This document shows positions 1 through 13,209 of a DNA stretch of 64,000 nt, one piece after another. The stretch's first letter is position 1. The number at the start of each line of letters is the position of its first letter. A program made the position numbers and the translations under genes. Below the pieces are notes generated by a model. That model searched no databases, was not told the origin of the DNA, and saw nothing but the letters and a program-made list of their open reading frames with translations. The DNA comes from Blasia pusilla (lineage: Eukaryota): contig CM114271.1 of the NCBI GenBank assembly GCA_050084515.1, positions 23,312,001 through 23,376,000 on the forward strand, given 5' to 3'.

Positions 1-3000
1 ACCTATCATTCCATCTCATGAAAGTATTAGCCTAGAGCTAGAATATCAAAGGAACAAGGATTGTTCATGAAGGAGACTACAAAGATGAGGACTTTATAAA
101 GTCTTCGCAAAGACCATATTAGGTATGAAGAACGAAGATCTTTACAAAGACTCTAGAGTCTTCGCAAGGACAAGGTTATGAAGATAAAAACCTTTTACCA
201 AGATCTTTTGAGAAGACTATAGTACAAGACTCTATTCTTTCCTTGATATTTTTCAAGGAGGTTACATACACTTAATTTGTTTAGTGGACAAAATTTAATG
301 TCAGGATCATCCAGTTGGGTTACATAAAGAATTTTATTTTCAAGATCATCTAGTTGCAATAAATTAAAAATCTTAATTCTTTTTTTTCCTTAATTGGTCT
401 TGTGGTACAAGTCTTAAGCTTATCAATTTTGGGATTTTGGTTGGAATTCCATTTTCCATGTAGTTTTTCAAGGAGATTAGATACACTTATATTAACACGT
501 GGAATTTTTTTAATATTGAGATCATGTAGTTGGCAAGGTTGCATGTGGACTAATTTTGTATGTGTGAACAAGTCCATGTCTATGGACATATGTATGTGTT
601 TTGGATGATTTATCCATGTTGATCCTATCTCCCCCTTGTTTATCATTCCCTCCACTTGCCTTCATGTTCCATACTTTCCCATTTCTTTCTCCCTCCCCAC
701 TTATTGGCCAACTCAACCTTGTCCTACCTTTCATCATAAGCTATTTAAGTGTAGGCGCCACCTCTTGCAATCCATGTCAGTGTATATGTCCAAACTTGTT
801 TGTCTATGTTTGTCTTAAGGAAGGACTTGTGCATTTTTTTGTGACTTCCCCATGTCATATTACTATGACTCCTCCGACGTCTAAATCGGAACCATCAATC
901 TAGGCTTCTCCTCATACAAGGGGGCCGATCAGATTAATGATGCTCGGAGAAGTGGATCTTGAGAATCCAACAAATCTATCTTTTTTATCCTAATTAATTT
1001 GGTTTTAAGTTTTATTCTCATATTTTTACCACCATATGGATTCTTATGTTTCTTTATGAATGAATTTTAATTGAGATGTAGGAATTGGAAAAGGAAACAA
1101 CCCTTTCAAATGATAAAATAAAAAAGAACGTAATAACGTGCTTAATAAATTTTGGAATAAAGCCTTAATCTTAAATAGAGAATGCAAAACCCTAAGAAAT
1201 AAACTCTTACTCCAAAATGAAAAAATCATGAACTTATAAAAATATAAACTCGAAATCCAAAAAACCACCTATACTTTTTTAAGATGTAATACAGGAACAC
1301 TTAAGCAAAAAAAATAAGTTATTAAAAATACTAGAGTATGCCCATGCGATGGATTGGTTTAAATTACCTCCCAAAATAATAATAAATTTTTGAATTGTGA
1401 AATGTCATTTTAAATGAACTGCAAGCAATCTTATTGGCTCATAAGGTGAGCCATCCTATTGGTTGAGAGTGCCAAGTGTGAGCAGGAGAGGAGTTTGCAC
1501 AATGAAAGGCGATATGCAATAATAATATAGATGATTTTGAAAATTGATTCCATAAACCCTACCTGTAAAAATGGAAACCTTTAACACTAAGAAAATCATG
1601 CATTGAAACCTATAACATCCTAGATCGGGAATAATAAACCCAAGAAAATATTTTATAAGACACTAAAAATTATTAACAACTAATAATATTTGAAGTTCCT
1701 ATTTCTTGAGGTACCCAAACCCTACCTTCCATAATTGAAATTAAAAAAGAAGACATTCTTAGGTACACTAAATAGCCTACCTTTTCAAGGAATCTATAAA
1801 ATAAACATTGCACAATAGAACCTTGACATATGAACATAGTAAATCCTAACTCAAAAAAAATCAATAATTAATCCCAACTATTTTCTTATAAGGGAAAGAA
1901 ATCACGCAATTAAACCATAATTTGATGTCCTAAAAATAACACTTTAATGAAACAAGATTTTTTTGAAAATAATCATCTCATGCCTTGGAAACATGTCTTA
2001 ATTGATAAAGTGTATATAAACACTACTTTAGCACTAACATAAGTATTGATACAGGTTGGATATAAATCACAACTAGAATTTGAGCTTAAAAACAATGTTC
2101 TTTTAGAAATTGCCATTATCTCTCATAATATTTTTATTACCCTGTTTTTAAAGGAGATATGTAAGAAAAACAAGTTTAATTTCTCGGCTTGTAACGCCTT
2201 GTGATTAAATTGTGGAAAAGTAATGCACTTAAAGATTTCTCTTTAAAAGGAAAATTTGAGGAAAGCTTTGGGGAAAATGTTTTTATGATGAAACACAATG
2301 AATAAGGGGAGACTCGGAAAAATTGATGGAAAATATTTTTTAAAATAGATTTATGATAACAAGTAAATAAATTTCCCTTATTTTCTCACTCTCACATTAT
2401 TTTAGTATAATATAATATTAAAAACTTAGAATATTTATTTAGAAATTTATCCTTCTTTTCAACATTTCACATGAAGCATGTTAATGTGAATACCTATTTT
2501 TTAATTCTCTGTTCAAAAATTTTGGATGGCCTTATGTTTTGTAAAGAATTATAAACAAGTTTTTTGGAGTTTTTTGGAATTTTTTTAATGGTTAGTTCTT
2601 AATTATTCTATTTTGATTGCTAATCCATATATGTCCTCTTACAAAAATTCAAAAATTTGTATAGGTTTTTAGAACATATTTTTTAGAAAGTACATAAAAT
2701 TTTCCATTGAAAACAAATTATACAAATTTCCATGGGTTAGATAGTTTTTTGCATGACTTCTAGTTTCCATACTTATATTCCTTTTATAATTTAAGGGAAA
2801 AATTAGGAATGATGTTTTCATCTAAATATTGTCTCTTCTCTATGCTCTCAATGGCCTTATATTTAAGAAAGAATTCTTAAATATTTGTGGGGATACTCAA
2901 ACTAGGAGATTTCCAATATGGTGACTGGAAAAAAATTGCCTAATGCCATCATGAGGGTTGGCATAAAAAACCTAGAGATGATCCAAAAGAAACAAGGATT

Positions 3001-6000
3001 TGCATATAAATATAATTTTTGAGTATAGATTTTAGATCTTTTTTATTTTTATACTTTGAATTGCATATTTCCAAATTAACTCAATTTTAATGTTTTAATC
3101 CATTTGAAATTTCTCAAAATGACGCAATGGAAAAAATGTGAGGTGTATTTACAAGAAAAAAGATAACTAAACCTCTCCAAAAATTTGGTGTCAGACTGCA
3201 AAGGTTTGCGCTACAAGAACTCTCACTTATTGCTCTTCTAGCTACATCTGACAAGCAAATCCTACTTGGGCTATCACGTGTCATTCTATCTACATCCCGT
3301 TGTTCACGAGAATTTTACTAAACACAAAATTTTTAGAATTAATTGAAAAACTTATCTTACATTTGAAGATGGACCATTGATTTTGTCCCTTATATTGAAT
3401 GTAATGAATTTGAGGATATTACACTTGCCCCTCGTAAAGTAAGTACCCTTGATGACTCTAAATTATAGACCATATGATACTTATATAACATCCCTCCTCC
3501 CACTATGACTTTCTTGTTTGGATATGGAAAAAACATAGGATGGAAAAAAATTTAGATCTATGACTCCAACAATAATATAGATTAGTAGATCTTTCCTGCT
3601 TGAATATGTAGTATTGAAGTGTCTTTGTAATGCCGCTGTTAGACTCGATGTATGCAATCCTCTAAGTAGAATACTGCTTTGCGTGTAATGATAGAGCATC
3701 CTTTTTTATTTTTTGTGCCGGTTTTTTTAAATCTCTATATTGATCATCTTTGTATGTGTTATAATGTGTGTTGATAACATTACGTCGTTTGGCTAAATGC
3801 TCAACTTGAATAGCCCTCAAAGATTTATTGACATTGCTCATTGCAATTATGTTAAAAAGATGATCTAACAATCCGCATAACATATGTGGTTACCATCGGA
3901 TTAGTATAGTATGTTCATGGATTAGTATAGTATAGTATAGTACATTCAACTCCGTATCCTACACACTATTGTATTTTCTCCTTAATGTCTTGTACACACT
4001 ACACTATTGTATTCTTCTTCTGTGTAATGTAGTGTCTCTCTTGTACACAATGTACTATTTTATTCTTCTTCTCCGTAATGTAATGTCTTTTGGTTTGTAT
4101 TGAAGATTACTATATTCTTCCATCTCCCCGATTTTTATTGAAGACTACTATACTCTCCATACTGCCAAAAAATTGGGTTTTGATTTTTTTTAACATTATG
4201 GTCTTCCCTCGGTTTGTGTTGACGAATACTATATACAAAATAGATTTTAATAATAATGCCCTTATAACACATTTTTTTTTAATTTTCTATATTTTGGGTC
4301 TATTTTCTATTTGTGTACACTCGTGTATTTAGTTTGTATTTTTGTATCTTTTTTTTTTAATAATACCCCATCACACTAGTTCCCTTTTGCTGTGAGTTTT
4401 TTCTTCCACTCTTAAAGGATCATAAACCTATTTTTTAGAGAGGGTTAAAGAGGATGTGGTTGATTGATGCCACATGTCAACATTAGAGGTGTGACCATGA
4501 TAGGTAATCCTCTCTAAATAGTATAGACAAATTAAAAATTCATAATTAACCTTCTTGAGACTAATAAAAAGAAAACTAAAATTCTAACTAGTATGTGGCT
4601 GCTATTGAAGTGTGAAGGTGGGGTAGGTCTTTTGAAAAGCTTTGAAAGGTGAGAATGTATGAAATACATGGTGCAATAGAGCAGGAAGGTTCATAAGTCA
4701 TTAAAAATATGAATGTAAGGCTCAAATGGTGGATGAAGTATTTTATGTGAAGTGCCATTGAATATGTAGGTTTCTTGATTTTTGTTGTTTTCAATATAAA
4801 ATTCAAAGTGGGAGTGTAGTATGATTGAGTGTGGAGAGAAAGATACGTAGTGTGGTCAAGGGAGTGTTGAGATGAATATATTGGTAAATATAACAAAGAT
4901 GGAGGTAGATTTGATGTTTGTAATTAGATTTGGCTTTATGGGTATTGAAGACATACGTATGTAAATCCAGTAGCAATGCAATTGAGGTGTAAGATATAAT
5001 TTGGAATGCAACGTGCTACATTGTAGTAGTTGATCGCATGTAATTTGAGAATGGCAGATTAACTGACATTGGTGTAGGGTGCTAAGAGAACATAATAGCA
5101 ATCAATAAATAAGTGATTGGCAAGCATGATCATGGAGAGATAAGAAAAAAAAAAATAGTTGTATAAAGATATGACTATTGTAGAGCAGATATAGGACATA
5201 AATTATGGAGCAATGGTAAAGAAAGTATAAATAATAGTAAAGTTATGATAAAGACTTAAAATACTTGTTGCTACAAGGTAGTAAATAACTACTTGTTGAG
5301 CAAAGACAAAATAATTTCAGCTTGGAGTTGGAGCTTTGGGTTGTTGTGTATCATTGGCTCAATGGCGTTCATAAAGAATTTGTATTTTGATTTTGATTTT
5401 AGCCAACGTCTTTTTGAAATTGGAGACAAGGTCCATATGGATATTGTTCTTCTCATAAATAGCAAATAGCTCATCATTAATGTTATTAATGAGTCTCTCT
5501 AACCTATCAATCTCTTCATGAGCAGTATCTGACTGAGATATAACTGCTACGTAAACATTGAGAGGTATAGTTTGACGTGGAGCAGAGTGAGGAGTGCCTA
5601 ACTTATGTTGTAGATTTTCCTAGGTAGCCGAGAATGTGTTTTGATCATTAGCAATGGAATAGTCATATTGGGGATCCAAAATATACCCAATCTTATCAAA
5701 CATAGCAATATCATGGTGTTAGAAAGAAGGGAATTTAGTGTAATATAGAATGCACTGTATGGTACCAGGTGAAATATAGCATGCAGCTAGAAACAAGGAT
5801 CTGTCATGTGAAATAGAGAAGAATGAAATTATAGTAGAAATCAATATTTGAAATAAATAGATGAGTGAGTACTAAACAGAACAAAAAACAACATGAGTCA
5901 TAATTGTAGCTAGAGCATCCCTTAAAGTGAGAATCATTGAAAGGATGTAATGTATATAGGGTAAAAAATGTGTTTGAAACGTATTAGAGAAGATTTGCAT

Positions 6001-7393
6001 GTGTGATATAAAGAGAGAACCTAAGGAATAAACTAAGGTAGACATAATTGTAGTAGTAGAGGCATGTAGTATGGTAGAGATTAGTGTGTATAGATATACG
6101 AATAATGTATCATAAGAGCAATTGGTTTTAAAATAATTGTTATGATCAAGTAGAAAAATTAGAAGAGGAACATTGTAAGTATATATAGTAGCTCATGTTG
6201 CCATCCATGGCAACATGTATGAGAATGAGTGAAAAGAGATAGTGACATAAAGTATAACAAAAAATTTCCATTAAGATATACATACATTGCATGCATATGG
6301 GTTGGTAAAATTTGTACAAAAGATCCAATGGAATCATGGTGTGAAAAGTTGAATCATGTAGAGAATGGCTGGTAAGCTCCAATGAGGATAGGCAACGAGC
6401 AACACACAAAATGCATGTGAAGAGTACTTGATGAAAAGCAGAATTCAAAAGAAATTTAGTGTTGAGCATAATGAAGTACTTTATGAAAATAGAAATATTT
6501 CAAGAAGTTAGAATTGTGAGAGTGGAATGATTATTACCTTTGGATTATGCACTTTTTTTTTTTCCAGGGGATGTAACAAGAGTGGCGAGATTTTATGTAG
6601 GGCGATTTGAAAACCGATCACTTGCAATAGTTGCAATATGAATGTCTTTAAAATCAAGAAGAATGGGGGATAATATGAGGGTTGTTGTCCTCTATTGAAG
6701 ATTGAGTGAACTCAGGAAGTTCACCATTTTAATGGGCCAAGTCTATTTTGGTAAAAATAATTACAAATCTACAATAGGGAATTGTGTATCCTATGTTGCG
6801 ACGTGTCATCTTCTTCTTGGTCATAATTAAATGAATATAAAAATCTAGGAATAAATACAAAATCATCATTAAGTATCCAATAACACCATACATAAACAAT
6901 CCAATTTCTATTATGTAACCCTAATGGTAGTATATGGATACTTGAAGTTAGGAGAAATTCCAAAAGAAGATCTAAACCATTGATTACTCTAATAATGGAA
7001 ACATGAAAAAATCCTCAAAATTATAGGGAAATCCAATGGTGAAAAGTGAGATGGGGCTCAAAGGAAAGTATATAGAGCCCTTTAGAAATCATGCACTTAA
7101 TTTCCCCCTTCTATCTCACATTGATCGATTAGTGAAACTTTTTGGGACCATAAGATTATTGAGATCAATGGACTATAACGGCTTCAATTAGGGCCAAGTG
7201 CATGGCGGGAGGAGGTCTAGGGTTTGTGACAGGAGGCTGAGGGTTCAGGTTGGAGAATTCGATGGGTAAGGATGTTTTAATTTTCAGAGAGCTATTTGTG
7301 ATTCTTGATCCTTTGGGACCCTCCGAAGCCACTCAATAACGATCATCGGCGAAGCTCTTGAAAATTCTGAGTATCTCAATATGTGCACTTTGC

Positions 7394-9652
7394 CGCTCGC
7401 TCGCTCGCTCGCTCGCTCGCTCGCTCGCTCGCTCGCTCGCTCGCTCGCTCGCTCGCTCGCTCGCTCGCTCGCTCGCTCGCTCGCTCGCTCGCTCGCTCGC
7501 TCGCTCGCTCGCTCGCTCGCTCGCTCGCTCGCTCGCTCGCTCGCTCGCTCGCTCGCTCGCTCGCTCGCTCGCTCGCTCGCTCGCTCGCTCGCTCGCTCGC
7601 TCGCTCGCTCGCTCGCTCGCTCGCTCGCTCGCTCGCTCGCTCGCTCGCTCGCTCGCTCGCTCGCTCGCTCGCTCGCTCGCTCGCTCGCTCGCTCGCTCGC
7701 TCGCTCGCTCGCTCGCTCGCTCGCTCGCTCGCTCGCTCGCTCGCTCGCTCGCTCGCTCGCTCGCTCGCTCGCTCGCTCGCTCGCTCGCTCGCGCTCGCTC
7801 GCTCGCTCGCTCGCTCGCTCGCTCGCTCGCTCGCTCGCTCGCTCGCTCGCTCGCTCGCTCGCTCGCTCGCTCGCTCGCTCGCTCGCTCGCTCGCTCGCTC
7901 GCTCGCTCGCTCGCTCGCTCGCTCGCTCGCTCGCTCGCTCGCTCGCTCGCTCGCTCGCTCGCTCGCTCGCTCGCTCGCTCGCTCGCTCGCTCGCTCGCTC
8001 GCTCGCTCGCTCGCTCGCTCGCTCGCTCGCTCGCTCGCTCGCTCGCTCGCTCGCTCGCTCGCTCGCTCGCTCGCTCGCTCGCTCTCGCTCGCTCTCGCTC
8101 GCTCGCTCGCTCGCTCGCTCGCTCGCTCGCTCGCTCGCTCGCTCGCTCGCTCGCTCGCTCGCTCGCTCGCTCGCTCGCTCGCTCGCTCGCTCGCTCGCTC
8201 GCTCGCTCGCTCGCTCGCTCGCTCGCTCGCTCGCTCGCTCGCTCGCTCGCTCGCTCGCTCGCTCGCTCGCTCGCTCGCTCGCTCGCTCGCTCGCTCGCTC
8301 GCTCGCTCGCTCGCTCGCTCGCTCGCTCGCTCGCTCGCTCGCTCGCTCGCTCGCTCGCTCGCTCGCTCGCTCGCTCGCTCGCTCGCTCGCTCGCTCGCTC
8401 GCTCGCTCGCTCGCTCGCTCGCTCGCTCGCTCGCTCGCTCGCTCGCTCGCTCGCTCGCTCGCTCGCTCGCTCGCTCGCTCGCTCGCTCGCTCGCTCGCTC
8501 GCTCGCTCGCTCGCTCGCTCGCTCGCTCGCTCGCTCGCTCGCTCGCTCGCTCGCTCGCTCGCTCGCTCGCTCGCTCGCTCGCTCGCTCGCTCGCTCGCTC
8601 GCTCGCTCGCTCGCTCGCTCGCTCGCTCGCTCGCTCGCTCGCTCGCTCGCTCGCTCGCTCGCTCGCTCGCTCGCTCGCTCGCTCGCTCGCTCGCTCGCTC
8701 GCTCGCTCGCTCGCTCGCTCGCTCGCTCGCTCGCTCGCTCGCTCGCTCGCTCGCTCGCTCGCTCGCTCGCTCGCTCGCTCGCTCGCTCGCTCGCTCGCTC
8801 GCTCGCTCGCTCGCTCGCTCGCTCGCTCGCTCGCTCGCTCGCTCGCTCGCTCGCTCGCTCGCTCGCTCGCTCGCTCGCTCGCTCGCTCGCTCGCTCGCTC
8901 GCTCGCTCGCTCGCTCGCTCGCTCGCTCGCTCGCTCGCTCGCTCGCTCGCTCGCTCGCTCGCTCGCTCGCTCGCTCGCTCGCTCGCTCGCTCGCTCGCTC
9001 GCTCGCTCGCTCGCTCGCTCGCTCGCTCGCTCGCTCGCTCGCTCGCTCGCTCGCTCGCTCGCTCGCTCGCTCGCTCGCTCGCTCGCTCGCTCGCTCGCTC
9101 GCTCGCTCGCTCGCTCGCTCGCTCGCTCGCTCGCTCGCTCGCTCGCTCGCTCGCTCGCTCGCTCGCTCGCTCGCTCGCTCGCTCGCTCGCTCGCTCGCTC
9201 GCTCGCTCGCTCGCTCGCTCGCTCGCTCGCTCGCTCGCTCGCTCGCTCGCTCGCTCGCTCGCTCGCTCGCTCGCTCGCTCGCTCGCTCGCTCGCTCGCTC
9301 GCTCGCTCGCTCGCTCGCTCGCTCGCTCGCTCGCTCGCTCGCTCGCTCGCTCGCTCGCTCGCTCGCTCGCTCGCTCGCTCGCTCGCTCGCTCGCTCGCTC
9401 GCTCGCTCGCTCGCTCGCTCGCTCGCTCGCTCGCTCGCTCGCTCGCTCGCTCGCTCGCTCGCTCGCTCGCTCGCTCGCTCGCTCGCTCGCTCGCTCGCTC
9501 GCTCGCTCGCTCGCTCGCTCGCTCGCTCGCTCGCTCGCTCGCTCGCTTCGCTCGCTCGCTCGCTCGCTCGCTCGCTCGCTCGCTCGCTCGCTCGCTCGCT
9601 CGCTCGCTCGCTCGCTCGCTCGCTTCGCTCGCTCGCTCGCTCGGCTCGCTCA
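7394..9652. repeat. (GCTC)n tetranucleotide tandem repeat, ~2.25 kb, nearly perfect
   Basis: Direct reading; only a few interruptions (near 7790, 8083-8095, 9547, 9624). The long SLAR/ASER ORFs are artefacts of the repeat. Confidence 0.99.
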
Positions 9653-10779
9653 AATTCGTCGCTCGCTCAAGCTCGCTGTCCTATCTTCAAGTCGCTTCTC
9701 ATTTTGCATTCAAATCTTGTAACCTAAACTAAATTAGAGTTGGACGAGGGCTTGTCTCTTGTATGTACTCGTTCACTAGCCCCTCTGAGGTACTACTTTT
9801 GTACTTCGTACTCCAGATTGTCTTGCAACAGGAGGAATTGGACACTTTTGTTATGGTCAGGAAATTAGTTTGGGAAACCGAACGCTGCCTTCCACTGTGT
9901 TCAGTGCTATCTTTCATTCATTATCTAGAGGTGTTTTGGATGATGTGTTTACTACAATGTTGAGAGGTAAGAGTCTTCATCTGCTCTTCGATCGCCCATG
10001 GTCTTTCCTGTTTCATTCCACACTTGTTTCTATGTAGTCTTCTTGAGCTCAAATGGTTTCTGCCTTGTTCCCTTGGGTTGTTTCCAAAGTGGTTCTACAA
10101 CCATCTACATAGGCACATTTACTTTACTTGGAAGGATTGGTCTTTGGGTCTAGGCACCAAAGAGATAGTGTTGATGTGGCTTAGTGTAGAAGGATTAGTG
10201 TCGAATTGTACGATGCATATATGCTACGATAGAGAGGGCAAACAAAGAGGCATACATAGTTGGGAAATGTAGCATTGTATTGGTCAGATTTCAAAGATGA
10301 TTGTTGCTTTTGGTGGTAGGACTCAACTCTCCATTGAGTTTTGTCATGCTGGACTTCCCAAGGATTTCAGGAAAATTATGTGCCCAAGACGAGGACACTT
10401 GTTCAATGAATTGAGATGTCCTTGTTGTTGGAGCAAGTGCAAAGATAAGGGAGTGTGGACAAGACAACATACCTAGGTTGAGGTTACATGTTAGACCATT
10501 GTACAAAGAAGAAGATAAGGAGTAGGCCAAACTTGTCATATGATTCATGTAAACTGCCAAGAGAAAAGGCCAAGGTTTTGAACTTGCAATAGGTTTTGTA
10601 GGCTATTAGGCCATAAACATAATAAAAACTCATTAATGGACATAAGTCCTTGTAGTAGGCTTATGAAGGTAGCATACGCAATGTTGTTTGTATTTTCAAT
10701 TTGGTCCATGTGGATGGGTCTGATTATAATGAGTGCATATGTATGAATTGACTTGGAGGACGATAATTGATGAGATATT

Positions 10780-12135
10780 ATGGGACATCACGATAGTCAC
10801 CACATATCTTCTTTGTGCAGTGTTACAAACAGAATCAAAACATTTTTCAAACCTGGTTTGAAAATAGCGCCAGTGTTGAAGGCACCCATTAAGTTTCTCC
10901 TTGATGCCATCCTCACCTGGTTGAGAGAATTGATAGATAAAAAAAATCTTGTGGAGGGTAGAGGATGGGGGTTTTGGGATCCTCAGTTTGATATTCTTAT
11001 GGATGAAAGTATGGAATCCATCATGCAAGTGAGTGATTTTCTTAGTAGTGGAATAATCATGATTGAGAAACGCCATGTAGAAGGATTTGTGGAGGGCCAT
11101 GTTGAGAGTCAAGGCAATAAAGCAAAGTCCACCCTTGAGAGTGATCTCAATATCTTAGTAGAGGTTGATGATTTGGGATCAATTCAACCAGCAGAAATTA
11201 GAACCCAACACCCCCATATCTTCACTTCATATGATATCAGAGTGTATATCCATACCTCTTGGTATCCCCACTATTCCTGAAGAGAGACCACTTCTGAAGT
11301 CTTCTCTCATGTCCCGTGAAATATTGGAGGTCTCCAAATTCGAAATTATGAAGCTTGAGACTTGGACTAAAAAATTTGGTTGGGAAGATCATCGATGGAG
11401 AGTGTTGACATGGGATGAGGGGGATCTTCCTCAAGGTCGCCTTGAGTATATAGATTGTCAATGGAAGGCATGGACTGAAGAGGGAACAATGTTAAAGAGT
11501 TGTATCATCAACCTCTTCTTGAATCATAGAGCTAAACATGTGAAAACTAAGAAACACCTTAAAAATTGGTGTACAGTGAGGAAATTATGTTGGAGGATTA
11601 CACCGTGGAGGCGAGAAGACACCTCTGTTGTGAATTCTCAAGTGACCATTGATTATGGTTGTATGATTGTCCATAAGCTTAATGAGCATTGTATTAGTGA
11701 TAGGAAGCCATTTGAAATAGAGGGGGATACCAGTGATGTAAGTTTAAAACCAGAGAAGTTTAGGGTGAGATGTGTTTATTGTTGTTGCAAGTTCCAGCTG
11801 GTGTCAAGTCAAAATAACTTAGAGGGTAACTTACAAGGGCATTTATCTTCCGATGAGCATGGGAAGAATGTTCAAGAGTCTATGAATATGACACCTATCG
11901 CTTTGAGGACATCTAGGCCAGGGAGACCTACCAAGGCAAATCCACGAGATACTAAAAGGTAGAGGACCATCCATAAATTTTTGGAGGGGAGAGTGAAGAA
12001 GGTGACAATAATGAGGTAGTTCCCACTTGTCTTTGGTTTGTTGGGGATTTTGGTTTAAAACAACAAGTTACAATGGAGTCTATGTTAATGTGAAGCCTTT
12101 AGTGAATGATCAAATAGAGGGGAGTAAGTGGATTT
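10780..12135 (+). pseudogene. 5' part of a degenerate P-element-like transposase gene (N-terminal region with zinc-finger-like motif), cut by the CACTA insertion
   Basis: ORFs 10780-11280 and 11165-11962, including VRCVYCCCKF...NLQGHLSSDEH (C2H2-like). Removing 12136-50386 restores an open frame DQIEGSKWI|CEPYVHRIVYNHTSQEKVQIDGTFRHREC. Start position uncertain. Confidence 0.6.
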
Positions 12136-12925
12136 CACTAGAAGAAAATGATGTTTTTATGACTAAAGAATATGGCTCCACATAGTCATATTTTACAATC
12201 CATGACTATAAATGACTCATGACTCCACAAAGTCATATTTTAAAATCCATGACTATAAATGACTCATGACTCCAATAAAAGACAAGTCATATATCCTATG
12301 ACTAGAGTCATTAAATTTAGTGAGTCATGAATAAATGACTCATGACTCTTGCTTAATAGATGCATGACATGGACAAAATGAAAAAAAAACACTAATATTG
12401 CACGTCATCAATCTGACATGTTTAGTCCATGTCACCAATGCAATTATTGTAATCATGTGGAAAATTGAATGAGAGTCATTATATGACTTAGAGTAATTTA
12501 ATTTTTTGACTACTAAAGTCATAAAAAGGCCTTTTTTTATTATTTTTGTTACTGGTTTTAGTCGTGAAGTGACTCAAGCTAGTCATGAGTAGTCATTGAA
12601 TGACTAAAATATTTATCTTGTGACTAACCAACTCCTATGGATTCAAAATATTTTTACTTGTGAAAGATTATATTCATGTAATGGTTGACATTTATTTATG
12701 ATATTAAAGTGTTTGGCATTTTATTAAATTATTTTATGCCAAAGTTAGTCACATAATCACTCACACCATGAGTAAAGGATTTGTGTTGATCATGACGTGA
12801 TTCGTGGAATTAGTCAAATTGTGATTAAAGAGTCATGAAATGACTAAGTAAAATCTATCCATGAGTCATTTCATGACTCATGGATAGACTTACATCATGC
12901 CCTGAATTATGTTTTGAGTCACTAA
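12136..12925. repeat. Left CACTA TIR plus subterminal ATGACTC/GAGTCAT repeat field
   Basis: Many direct and inverted copies of (A)TGACT(C), e.g. atgagtcatttcatgactcat at ~12861. Confidence 0.9.
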
Positions 12926-13209
12926 TTCCAGTTATGATGTGTCTATGGGGGATGATTTGGAATTGGTTACATACATTCAACGAGGATGGCAATCAACAAG
13001 AAGATATTTAGAGACATTGCTAAATATCATGAACCCAAATCAAAGTTCTACTCATAAACATTCAACCAACCATAATCAACTTGAGACCTCATCATGTAAA
13101 ATGAAAGGATAAAAGATCTTTTACTCCAAATCAAAAGGAAGCAAGTTATATATGTTCTAGCTTCACGACATGTTCACAAAATTAGTCTTATCTTGTAACG
13201 TAATGAAAA

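Noticed and set aside
7190-7230. Telo-box-like AAACCCTA (minus strand) and GGGCC promoter motifs
   Set aside because: Short motifs with no associated gene; they occur by chance and in TE UTRs.
1-7300. Short ORFs and possible decayed coding sequence in the AT-rich left region (e.g. minus strand 4600-6500)
   Set aside because: No recognisable motifs or termini; probably old TE debris but not assignable by eye.
7284-9732. Four ~780-aa ORFs (SLAR/ASER repeats)
   Set aside because: Stop-free translation of the (GCTC)n microsatellite in all frames.
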